Assembly: GCF_006345805.1 (NCBI RefSeq)
Contig: NC_043011.1
Location: forward strand, 53,022,464-53,086,463
Direction of reading: 5' to 3'
DNA length: 64,000 nucleotides
From: Octopus sinensis
Lineage: Eukaryota
The position numbers and the translations under genes are program-made. Shown here one piece after another: positions 1 through 11,335 of the stretch (positions within the stretch are counted from its first letter, which is position 1; each line of letters opens with the position of its first letter). Below the pieces are notes generated by a model, which saw only the letters and a list, made by a program, of their open reading frames with translations, was not told the origin of the DNA and searched no databases.

Positions 1-3000
1 ACTCTTTAGCGAAAGCTTGACAGTCTGGGACACTGGAGCTTTCTTGGGTTTGTTATCCTCTGAAGAATCACTGTCTGAGTCAGAAGACGAAGAGTCTGAT
101 GAAGCTGCAGCCTTTGGGACTTTTGAAGCAACTGCTGCTTTCACAGGCGATTTTGAAGTGGGCACTGTTTTTGCACTGGGCTTTTGTGCAGTTTTCTTTT
201 GCTCGTCTTCTGATGAGGAATCACTGTCTGAGTCAGAAGATGAGGAATCAGCCGCCGTGGCTTTTGTAGAGGGACCAGTTTTAGCTGGGGATTTCGAAGC
301 AACTCCACCTTTAGCAGGAGGTTTTTGTGTTGTTTTCTTTGGTTCATCTTCTGAGGAATCACTGTCTGAGTCAGAAGATGATTCTGCAACTTTTCCTGAA
401 ATTTTCGAAGCAACTTTTACCGGCGATTTTGCAACTGCTGTTGTTTTGGCTGCAGGTTTCTGTGTGGCTTTCTTTGGTTCATCTTCTGAGGAATCACTGT
501 CTGAATCAGAAGATGAGTCTGAGGCTGCTGCTTTTCCTGGGGTCTTTGAAGCAACTGCTGGCTTTGTGGGGGTCTTTGAAGCAACTGCTGGCTTTGTGGG
601 TGTTTTTGTGGCGGCTGCTGCTTTAACTGGAGATTTTGAAGTAACTGCTGTTTTCTTTGGCTCATCTGAAGAGTCACTGTCTGAGTCAGAAGATGAAGAG
701 TTTTCTGCTGCTTTTACTGGTGGCTTTGAAGTAGCTGTTGCTGCTGCTGCTTTGGCAGAAGGCATCTGGGCGGTTTTCTTCGGCTCATCGTCAGAGGAAT
801 CACTGTCTGAGTCAGAAGATGAGGAATCTCCTGCTGTTGTTGCTTTTGCTGGAGCTTTTGTAGCAGCAGCAGTTTTAACTGGAGTTTTTGAAGCAACTGC
901 AGCATTGGCAGTGGGCTTTCCAGTAGCTTTCTTTGGCTCATCTTCTGAGGAGTCACTGTCCGAGTCGGAGGATGAAGATTTTGCTGCTGTGGATTTTGCC
1001 GGTGGCTTTGAAGCAACTGCTGTTTTAATTGGGGTTTTTAAAGTGGCTGCTGTTTTGGCAGTGGACTTCTGAGGGACTGTTTTCACCTCATCATCTGATG
1101 AATCACTATCAGAGTCAGATGATGACTCAGTTTCAGTCTTTTTTGCGGTTTTTGAAGCTACTACAGCTTTTCCTGGGGGTTTTGAAGCAACTGCAGATTT
1201 TCCTGGGGGTTTTGAAGCAACTGCAGATTTTCCTGGGGGTTTTGAAGCAACTGCAGCTTTTCCTGGGGTTTTTGAAGCAACTACAGCTTTTCCTGGGGTT
1301 TTTGAAATAGCTGGTGTTTTGGCTGTGGGTTTTGTAGTGGTTTTCTGTGGCTCATCATCTGAGGAATCACTGTCTGAGTCAGATGAACTTTCCGCTGCCT
1401 TTACTGGGGTTTTTGAAGCAGCTGTTGTTGCTTTGGCAGAAGGCGTCTGGGCGGTTTTCTTCGGCTCATCATCAGAGGAATCACTGTCTGAGTCAGAAGA
1501 TGAGGAGTCTCCTGCTGTTGCTTTTGCCGGAGCTTTTGTAGCAGCAGCAGTTTTAACTGGAGTTTTTGAAGCAACTGCAGCATTGGCAGTGGGCTTTCCA
1601 GTAGCTTTCTTTGGCTCATCTTCTGAGGAGTCACTGTCCGAGTCGGAGGATGAAGATTTTGCTGCTGTGGATTTTGCCGGTGGCTTTGAAGCAACAGGTG
1701 CGTTTCCCGGTGTTTTTAAAGTGGCTGCTGTTTTGGCAGTGGACTTCTGAGGGACTATTTTCACCTCATCATCTGATGAATCACTGTCCGAATCAGAAGA
1801 GGAGTCAGCAGCGGCTGCTTTTACTGGGGTTTTAGAAGCAACGGCTGCCTTTACTGGTGGTTTTGCAGTAGCCACTGTTTTGACAACTGCTTTTGATGTG
1901 GTCTCCTTCGGTTCATCCTCTGAGGAATCACTGTCCGAATCAGAAGAGGATTCTGCTACTGTTTTTACTGGAGTTTTAATAGCGCCAGGTGTTTTAATTG
2001 GCGTTTTTGAAGTAGATGCTGTCTTGGCAGCTGGTTTCTGTGTGGTCTTCTTTGGTTCATCTTCCGAAGAATCACTGTCTGAATCAGAAGAGGATTCTGC
2101 TACTGTTTTTACTGGAGTTTTAATAGCGCCAGGTGTTTTAATTGGCGTTTTTGAAGTAGATGCTGTCTTGGCAGCTGGTTTCTGCGTGGTCTTCTTTGGT
2201 TCATCTTCCGAAGAATCACTGTCCGAATCAGAAGATGATTCTGCTACTGTTTTTACTGGAGTTTTAATAGCGCCAGGTGTTTTAATTGGCGCTTTTGAAG
2301 TAGCTGCTGTCTTGGCAGCTGGTTTCTGTGTGGTCTTCTTTGGTTCATCTTCCGAAGAATCACTGTCCGAATCAGATGAGCTTGACGCTGCTGCTGCTTT
2401 ACCTGGAGTTTTTGAAGTAACAGTTGGCTTTGCCGGTGCTTTTGCAGTGGCAACTGGCTTGACAGCAGGCTTCTGTGTTGCCTTCTTTGGTTCATCCTCT
2501 GAGGAATCACTATCAGAATCAGAAGATGATGATTCTGGTGCCACTGCTTTCCCTGGCGCTTTTGAAGTAGCTGCTGGCTTTACCGATATTTTTGAAGTAA
2601 CTGGTGGCTTTCCTGGTGGTTTTGAAGCAGTTGCTGACTTCGGTGCAGTTTTCTTTGTATCTTCTGAAGAATCACTCTCTGAATCTGAAGAGGATGAAGA
2701 TTTTGCCTTAGCTTTTGGTGCGCTTGGCTTCTTTGCACCGGCAACAATTGCAGGCGTTTGTTTGGATGTAGATTTAGTTTGAACTGTTTCATCTTCAGAA
2801 TCACTGTCGGAATCTTCTGAAGAGGATTCTGTGTCTTGAGATGCTTTTTGCTTGGTAGCTGTTGGTTTCACAGGGGGTTTTTTAGCTGTCACTTTTACTG
2901 CCTGAGTCTTGCTTTTGTCTTTTGTATCACTGTCTGAAGAGGATGATGATGAGGAGGAACTAGCTTGTTTTTTAGTAATAGACTTGGAGTTAGTTTTAGG

Positions 3001-3166
3001 GATCTTTTTATTCTGAACTGATTTCTTCTTTGATTCATCAGAGCTGCTGCTGCTACTACTACTGCTGCTTGATTTTCGGGGTCGTTTTGCAGCTGTTTTA
3101 GGTGGCACAGGTTTTGGCTTCTCTGTCAAGGATTTCTTAGTTTGTGGTTTTGTGTCCTCACTAGAA
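1..3166 (-). CDS. NOLC1: Nopp140/NOLC1 giant central exon (acidic Ser/Asp/Glu clusters alternating with Lys/Pro/Ala/Thr-rich tracts); continues beyond the window
   Basis: Acceptor ttcttcttccag at 3167, phase 2, matching exon 3. It reads SEDTKPQTKKSLTEKPKPVPPK...SSSDSDSDSSEDE repeats...KAPVSQTVKLSLKS. The same frame holds at both ends (about 1055 codons). Its absence from the ORF track is consistent with no stop codon inside the window. Confidence 0.92.
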
Positions 3167-4449
3167 CTGGAAGAAGAAAAAGAAAGAAAAAAAAAAAATG
3201 AAGTAAGACTTTTGAAGATAAGATTAAAGAGAAGAAACATGTATAAGAGGCGAAAAAGGAAGTTGTGAGATCAGAAGCAGAATGCTGGGCTCGCAAATAT
3301 AAGGAAACATAGGAGGAGGTGAACTGTGTCGCTGATGTCAAATCAATAATATCGGAAAGAAAACTAAAAAAAGAAAAAGAAAAATGGGATTTCTATGATT
3401 AACCTATTAGCATTTAAATCAGCCATATCTGGCCCTAAATATTCTATTTGTATTTATGTTCAAACTTGCTACACCTGGACGGTACTGATCTAACAACACC
3501 TATCTAACGATGCCATTCTAAAAATAAACAATCAATCATCAAAATCTTGAAGCAACAAGGGAATGCATGATTAATTCAAAACAATATGAATAAATAACCA
3601 TTATATTTGACAAAATGATCTGAATGCTAAAGGGCCAAGGAACATCATCTTTATCTACTATTAATGATACAACCATTGAGTGAGAGAGAGAGACCCCCTT
3701 CGGTCATGACACTGGCCATGGGATTGCACCTAGAAAGCTACCCTCCCAGGCACAAGTCCAGGCAAGGTTGTTTATGGAAGACCAGCAGTCACCCATGCAT
3801 GCCGGCCTCCTCTCTCCATGCCACCAGTGTCATCCAAGGGAAAGGCAACAGCCGATACAGCTTGGCACCTGTGACATCGCAACTCATTTCTACAGCTGAG
3901 TCAACTGGAGCAATGTGAAATAAAGTGTCTTGCTCAAGAACTCAACACGCAGCCTGGTCCGGGATTCGAACTCACAACCTCATGATTGTAAGCTCGACGC
4001 TCTAACCACTGAGCCATGCACCTTCACGATAGAACCATTAACCCTTTCGTTACCAACCTGCTCAAAACTGCCCAAGTACTGCTTTGGCTTATGTTACCAA
4101 GCTGACCAGAACCGTCCAAGTTGACCAGTTCATATTTAACCCTTTAGCATTCAGATTAGTCTGTGAAATGTAATGTCTGTTTATTCACCTTGTTCAGAAT
4201 TGGTCATGCATTATCTGGTAGCTTTGACGTTTCAATGATGTAATTGTGTACTTTTAGAATGACACTGTAGGATGGCTGCAAGAAGCTGGATCTGGCCAGT
4301 TTGAATATACAACAGGTAAATATATGGGCCGGGTATGGCCAATCTGAATGCTAAAGATTTAAATTTCAGCAGAAATCTCATGAGGACATTCTTGAAACAT
4401 GTAATTCTACAATGTAAAATCATGAGTTACAGTGTCCAACATTATTTAA

Positions 4450-4671
4450 CCCTTTTGTTACCCTATTTTGGTTGAGATGCTCTGTGTTTCTTCCAATTAA
4501 TTTTAAATATAACAAAGAATTTAGTAATATAACTTCGTTATCATTCACCTAGTGTTAGGAACATTAATTGTGACTAAGGTTTGGTGGAAGATTTTAATTC
4601 AGAACTTTTGCAAACAAGACATTTGTACTACAGAGCCAGAGGTGGTTTCAGGCGAGATGGTATCGAAAGGG
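4450..4671. mobile_element. piggyBac-type MITE
   Basis: TTAA-CCCTTT...AAAGGG-TTAA ends with a TTAA duplication. Related copies lie at 28496-28707 and, partial, at about 17140-17355. Confidence 0.75.
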
Positions 4672-4829
4672 TTAATGTGATATCTGAGCTTTGTGAATCT
4701 TTGGATATTTTTTTCCTCCACATTGATTTAAAAAAAAATTTTTTTATAATGGATGTAAAATGGATATCAGTTTCATGTTGTCAAGCAGCAAATCTAAATT
4801 TGGAAGATCTTTTGAAAGAAGACTCAGTG

Positions 4830-6340
4830 AAATCTAGCAAATTATATGATGAACATAAAAACCATGTGTGAGATTATGAACTGGATATTTCCATTTCCGA
4901 AAATGAATTTGTATGTGAATGGAGAGAAAAAATTTTTCTTGGTGAATTTTTTCGTAAGAAACTGTACCTAGTCACAGTTTTACCAAGGTAGGAGACCGAA
5001 ATTATTATTAAATTTTTTCCTTGTAGTTTGTTTGAAGCGATTACTATGGATTAGAACCATTATGCAGAATGTTAACGAAGACAACTAAAAGATAGTTTGT
5101 GGTTGGGAAGAAATTTGAACATTTTTAGCTGTTGATATGAGAAAGCTACCCACAACTACAAACTACCAGAGCAACAATGAACCATTCAGAGACCAGTATG
5201 TTTCCAATATCATGGCAAGAACTCGATTTTTAAAATTACCTCAATATTTACACATAAGAGACACTAGCAGTACACCAGAATCTAGAGAAGTAAACTCTGA
5301 TCTGTTTTTTTAAAACAGGACCCCTCATTGACTATGTCCAAAAAGCCTATAGAATGTTTTACAAACTTGAGAGACATCTATCTCTTGATGAATATATGGT
5401 AGATTATAATGGTTGGGTACATTTCTGGTAGTATATGGCAGGGAAACTCACAGAATTGGGGATCAAAGTTTGGAAAATTTATGAGACAAATAGTGGGTAC
5501 TGCTGTAGATTCAGGTCTTATACAGGAAAAAGGGGCAGTTGTATAATCCAGCATGGCCTAGGGTATGATGTCATTTGGAATTTATTCTCTCAGGGTCATA
5601 TATTATTTTTGATTGGTTTTTCAGTTTAGTCAAGCTTACAGGGGATTTAGAAGTTGTGACAACATATACAGGTGCTACAGTGATTGTAAGTAGGAAAGGG
5701 ATGCTTTTGGAGATAAAAGAAACCAAAATAAAAAAAAAATAAAATTTAAAAAATCCAATGGTAGAAGGGAAATTTGCTAGCGACTGCATACACAGAGAAG
5801 TAAATCAATTTTCTACCTAGCTATGCACAACCACATGTGGATGAAGATGGCACCCTATTTGTGAACCTCAATTATAACAGGTACATTAGTGGTGTAGATA
5901 GGCTGAGTCAAATGATGAGCTTTTACTCAGTTGGTAATACTGATTTCATATATGCGTATTGTTAATGTATTTGTACTAGGCACTAAATCAGGAGGGGCCC
6001 AAAAACAATGTGATCATCTTCAGGTTCCAAGCAGATGTAGGAAGGCGTCTGAGAGTAGGTTATTTGTCAAAGAAAGAAAGAAAGGGAAAAAAAAACCCTC
6101 TTTGGGAGAAAAGCTAAAGCTTACTCCAAGGATGTCCCCCTGAATTCAGATGATCTCCAAAACTTAGAAGGCAAAAAAAAAAAAAAAAAAAAAATTAAGG
6201 GTTGCAAATAGCGATGCCAGGAATGTCTTAATTCAAAAAGTAAAGCTTGCTGTGGTCATCCAATTGAAACAACTGTCCAATGTGCATTCTGCAAAGTTGC
6301 ATAATGTAGAGTAGGGTGATTTACAAGTTCCTATGATAAG
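4830..6340 (+). pseudogene. Decayed piggyBac (PGBD-type) DDD transposase in NOLC1 intron 3
   Basis: Motifs LSLDEYMVDYNGWVHFW*YMAGKLTELGIKVW (about 5378-5475), GLGYDV...FDWFFS, YNRYISGVDRLSQMMSFYS (about 5872-5930), and a Cys-rich C-terminal remnant near 6250-6300. Stops and frameshifts are present. Confidence 0.8.
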
Positions 6341-6662
6341 AATATTGTGTGATTTGTGTGTGGTGTGTATATTCACATGTCACTGGGAAAGGCAATAATA
6401 TCACAACAGCGCATTTCCCTAAGTTGAGTTTGAAGCCACATTTTTATGTCTTAATAATTCTAAATCATAAATCTAATAAAGTGAAATGTACCAAGGAAAG
6501 AATAGGACACCTAAAATCAATTAAAGACTGGACAGTAAACCAGAAAAATACACAAGAAAATTTACATTACTCTAGCAAAATCAGTTATTCTTTAGTTGAT
6601 TGAGGTCATTGTAGATCAGACCATAAAGTAGAAGCCAAAAACTGTACATAAAAGAGACAAAC

Positions 6663-6755
6663 CTGGAATCTGATGAGCTGGAGTCTTTCTTAGCCCTCTT
6701 TGAAGCCGAACCAATTGCATTGGCACTGAGTTTTCGTTTGTTACCTGGAGCAGAG
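6663..6755 (-). CDS. NOLC1: Nopp140/NOLC1 coding exon 3
   Basis: Polypyrimidine tract + CAG, 93 bp, phase 2 to 2, (T)SAPGNKRKLSANAIGSASKRAKKDSSSSDS, donor AG/GTTTGT. It parallels vertebrate ERKLQANGPVAKKAKKKASSSDS. Confidence 0.92.
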
Positions 6756-6890
6756 CTGGAAAAGAAAAGAAAAGAAAATGTAAATAACATACATCAGTGT
6801 GTTCCTTTAGAGTCCTGAAGTGATTTCTCTATACAAATCTCTCAATCCTATTAACTTTGATGAAATGCAGTCACTCTAGGATAAAAATAT

Positions 6891-7287
6891 TATTCTTTTT
6901 ATTCTTTTACTTGTTTCAGTCATTTGACTGCGGCCATGCTGGAGCACCGCCTTTAGTCGAGCAAATCGACCCCGGGACTTATTCTTTGTAAGCCCAGTAC
7001 TTATTCTATCGGTCTCTTTTGCCAAACCGCTAAGTGACGGGGACGTAAACACCAGCATTGGTTGTCAAGCAATGCTAGGGGGACAAACACAGACACACAA
7101 ACATATATATATATATACATATATACGACAGGCTTATTTCAGTTTCCGTCTACCAAATACACTCACAAGGCATTGGTCGGCCCGGGGCTATAGCAGAAGA
7201 CACTTGCCCAAAATGCCACGCAGTGGGACTGAACCCGGAACCATGTGGTTGGTTAGCAAGCAACTTACCACACAGCCACTCCTGCGC
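6891..7287 (-). mobile_element. tRNA-derived SINE, family A (most abundant here)
   Basis: Head GCAGGAGTGGCTGTGTGG...GGTTCAGTCCC (A/B box-like), internal (TA)n/(TG)n, tail TGACTGAAACAAGTAAAAGA. Further copies at about 17985-18455, 18640-19125, 32668-33030, 35560-35950, 38175-38595, 38630-39035, 40790-41130, 46125-46490, 51575-51960 and 52300-52630. Confidence 0.8.
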
Positions 7288-7389
7288 ATGAATTTGGATG
7301 AAATTTGTTGATACAATATGAATGTGGTTTTAACCTGTTGTCATGTTCTTTCATCTGCCAAGAGAAGTTGAATACAGTGACAATATAGA

Positions 7390-7870
7390 GAAGGTGAATT
7401 CAAAAAGTATCCAACTGTTTTTACACCAATAGGCCATATCAGTCCCCAGCTGTTATGCCTGGAATACACTCATTCTGTATTTTTTCCCACTTCATGAGCA
7501 ATTTCCTGGATTGTTATATGACAATCTTCCATGACTATTCACCAAACCATCTCAATCAGCTCCTTGTTTCAACTTGTGAATGGCTTGCTTGAGTGAGCTT
7601 TCCTCTCCACCAAGGTGCGACCATGTTTGAAGTGGTTGCACCATTCCTTGTTCTGAGTTTTGCTGATGGTATCATTGCCAAAGGCTTGCTGAGTCTTCTG
7701 GTTGGTTTAAGCTGGAGTATCACCAAGCTTTTGGCAAAACTTGAAGCAACATCACTGCCTGATACATTTGTTGAGAATGAAAACCTGAGACATGTGCACT
7801 ACACATCTGTACTCTAGGTGTAACAACGAGGAATTGACATGGCCTACCAGCATGAATTTTCATGCAAGAG
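7390..7870 (-). mobile_element. Mariner transposase N-terminal fragment
   Basis: Translates FCQKLGDTPA*TNQKTQQAFGNDTISKTQNKEWCNHFKHGR, a mariner HTH pattern. Confidence 0.6.
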
Positions 7871-9128
7871 CTGATTACAAGACAGAACGGTAAAGTTGAA
7901 GTACTGAACTACTGATTGCATAGACCTTAAATTCACATGTGAACTCCCACCATGACCATTGAAGTAAAATTAAGTTCCACCTCCACTTGATTGCAGAGTT
8001 GTGTTCTACTTGATGAACAATACAAGGTATTTCTATTTGAAAGTGCTGATTCTCATCCCATACTGATATAAAAACACACACTTGTGTGTGTGTGTGTGTG
8101 TGTGTGAATGTGAGTGAGAGAGAGACTAGCTTCCACACATTTTTCATCTCCTAAATTAAATTTCACTGATCAGTTTGAAACTGGAGTAGAGGGCACTTGA
8201 CTCAAAGTACCATGTACTAAGGTCACCCTCACACACTTGCAGTTGCAAACAAAGTTTATTATACATTTGCATATGATCATTGATATAGTCATAGTAATTA
8301 TTACAATAATATTTTAATTTAAATATGAAAGTAAATCCAGATTGTTTGGAATGCTTTGCTGTCATACGACTGAGCAGCGCAGTCAGTTTTCATAACGAAA
8401 GTATTGTTCATCACTTCTAAAAGTAATGAAGATCTCAGTAAAATAACTTTGTCATTAACCTTTTAGTATTCAGATTATTCTGTCAAATGTAATGTTTAAT
8501 CATTTTGATTTAATCCTGCATTATCTCATAGCTTTGAGCGGTAGCACGTGAACAAAACATTCAAGCAAGTTAGCTGCCAGTGCTGCTGGACTGACTCCTG
8601 TGTAGGTAATACGTAAAAAACACCATTTTCGAGCATGGCCATTGCCAGTACCGCCGGACTGGCCCTTGTGCTGGTGGCACGTAAAAGCACCCACTACACT
8701 CTCGGAGTGGTTGGCGTTAGGAAGGGCATCCAGCTGTAGAAACTCTGACAGATCAGATTGGAGCCTGGCGCAACCATCTGGTTCACCAGTCCTCAGTCAA
8801 ATTGTCCAACCCATGCTAGCATGGAAAGCGGACGTTAAACGATGATGATGATGTTTATTTTTAGAAAAATATTGTCGGGTCAATGTGAAAGGCAGGATCT
8901 TGCTGGTTTGAACATAAAACAGGTGGAATATTTGGGCCAGAAATGGCCAGTTTAAATGCGAAAGGGTTAAGCTGATGCTTGAAGCAAATTATCTAGAAAA
9001 TTTGATGGACAATTTTAATTTAGATCATTTTTAAACTGCAAGTTTTGTATCATAGGATCAGGGGTGATGGTCTCCAGTAGGTTTTGAAGGGATACTGGTA
9101 TTTGTCAGTTTGAGAGCTATTGATTTAA

Positions 9129-9341
9129 CCCTTTGGCATTTAATTCAGCCCAAATATTCTGCCTTTTTTTATATGTTAAAACTGTCTAAATCCAACCTCT
9201 CATATCTACTCAACAATGTCATTCTAAAAATATAAAAACACACCATTGAAATTTCAGAGCCACAAGATAATGTATGATTGAATCAAAAACAATGTGGATA
9301 AATAAGCAATACATTGACAAAGAACTCTGAATGCTAAAGGG
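9129..9341. mobile_element. piggyBac-type MITE, second family
   Basis: TTAA-CCCTTTGGCATT...AATGCTAAAGGG-TTAA. Relatives occur at about 3400-3635, 4140-4356, 8455-8970 (interrupted by a SINE), 13005-13210, 18495-18640 and 26490-26705. Confidence 0.7.
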
Positions 9342-10119
9342 TTAAGTATAAGGGTAGATGGCTTAGTTTGACAGAATAATCTGAATGCTAAAAGGTTAAT
9401 GACAAAGTTATTTTACTGAGATCTTCATTACTTTTAGAAAGTAACTGAAGCAAAAAGTAGTGTATTTCAACAGAAATATGGTTAACAAAAGAGTTAACCC
9501 TCATCATCATTCAACATCCATTTTCCATGTTTGCATAGGTCAGATGGAATTTGTTTAGATAAATTTCCTACAGCTGGATGCCCTTTCTGTTGCCAACCCT
9601 GACCTGTTTTATAAGAAAGATAATATTTTCCCCATAGTTAGACAAGCTTTTCACAGAAGAAGGAAGGAAATGAAGAAGCTTGTTCATATGACAATGATAC
9701 TAGAAATGAGAAAACAGAATTTGAAAAAATACAATTCTTTCTTCAAGGTGTTCTACAAATTACCATCATGTTGGTTGTGAATCATCGCCATGGTAACTTG
9801 CCCATTCCTTTGAATACTCACAGCCCCCATACCAATGTCCACTTTGTATTTTATTTTCTACAGGAATTATGAAATAAGTACTAGACAAAAAGCATTAGAG
9901 TTAACATAATCGTATAAAACAGTTCAGTACTATGCTCCAGTATGGCTGCAGTTCACTGACTGAAACCAGTAAACAAGGTGTTACAGCATGGAATTTTCTA
10001 CACTTTTATTTTTTTAAATTTCTAAACATGGATTTTAAAATTATTTAACCTTCAGATTCAATAAATAGTAACTCTGAATTTGAATGATTTCCAAATTACT
10101 GCTGAATGATGATGATGAT

Positions 10120-10120
10120 G

Positions 10121-10173
<53 letters not shown>

Positions 10174-11335
10174 TTATTCTTTTATTAGCCACAAGGGCTC
10201 ACATAAAATATCATTGAATGACATGCAACGCCATAAAAGACAAAAACGGGATGATACAATGGGTTTTCCGTGTGTAAACAATATAAATAATGATAAAAAA
10301 TTAAACAAATTAAAACTACTAATAGGGGAGGCACTTTAAGGTCTTCGTGGAAAAACCCAGAAAAGCCACAGGTGCCTGATCAACAGGGCAAGAGCCCTTC
10401 TCTTTTAATTTTTTCACAGGTGCATGCTTAGAATTGGTCCTTTCACACTGGCCATTCTTCAAACAAACTTGCTACAAAGCAACACTTCCCTCTTCACCCT
10501 CAACTTCCTTTTCAAGTAAAACTTGAAAAAGTTGATGAGAGCTTGGCCCAAAGAGGAAAGTGTTTGTCCTTAGCCTTTTCAAACAGGTCCACCATACTAC
10601 CTCTTCTGCTACAGCCACTAGACAAATATAAACTACCTGCTCCTCCTGGCCAAAAGAGGGTGGCGGGGCAATCTTCACAATGGAGTCAGCAGATAGCTGG
10701 ATATGCCCCACACATGACAGCAGATGTTCAACATAAACCCACAGATCAGCAATATTTGGGCACTGGACTAGGGTATGCAGAACGGTTTCATCCTTCTGGA
10801 TGTACCTTGGGCAGGCCTGGTTGACAGCATTTCCATGCCTGTAAAGTTTATCTCAAACAGGCAGTGCCCCTTGGTAGCACTGCCAGGTAAGAGATTTCTG
10901 GAAGTTATCCATAGGCCCAGGCCCGAAAGTTCTCCGAAACAGACTAGTTAGTTGATCTCCATCAACACCCAGAGTTTCACCAAGAACGTTGTTACACTTT
11001 CCCTCCACTAGCCCTCTATAGAACACTTGAGTGGAACAACCACCGACTGCATTGCTTGCCTGGCGGAGGGCTATGAGCACTTGATGGCACTCGAGGTGCC
11101 AAGCGTTCCTCCTCAGTCTATGCCTAATCCAGGTTTGCAGCTCAGTCAAAGAGACGAGCTGTGGAAAAGTGTGCCTGACAAACGATGACCACACCTGTTC
11201 ACCGTCAAGAAAACGCTGGAGATGCCACAACCTCAGCGCAACAGCAACCATGACATGCCCAGCCCCCCCATTCAGCAGCTGGAGTGCCTGACCAGTGGAA
11301 CACACCCCTTTCCTTTCTACCAAAGGCACAAAGCC
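10120..11335 (-). mobile_element. 5'-truncated Tx1/L1-clade LINE 3' end
   Basis: ORF 10853-11329 ends ...SLTWQCYQGALPV (zf-RVT-like), followed by a Cys/His region, AATAAA and a (TTA)n tail at about 10120-10155. Confidence 0.7.

Noticed and set aside
17-2782. Long plus-strand ORFs (351, 143 and 300 aa) with SSSEESLSESED repeats
   Set aside because: These are antisense shadows of the NOLC1 exon. The minus-strand frame has splice signals, phase continuity and Nopp140 composition.
3240-3360. Possible intronic snoRNA or alternative exon in NOLC1 intron 3
   Set aside because: No convincing box C/D pair or H/ACA hairpins, and no suitable splice sites.
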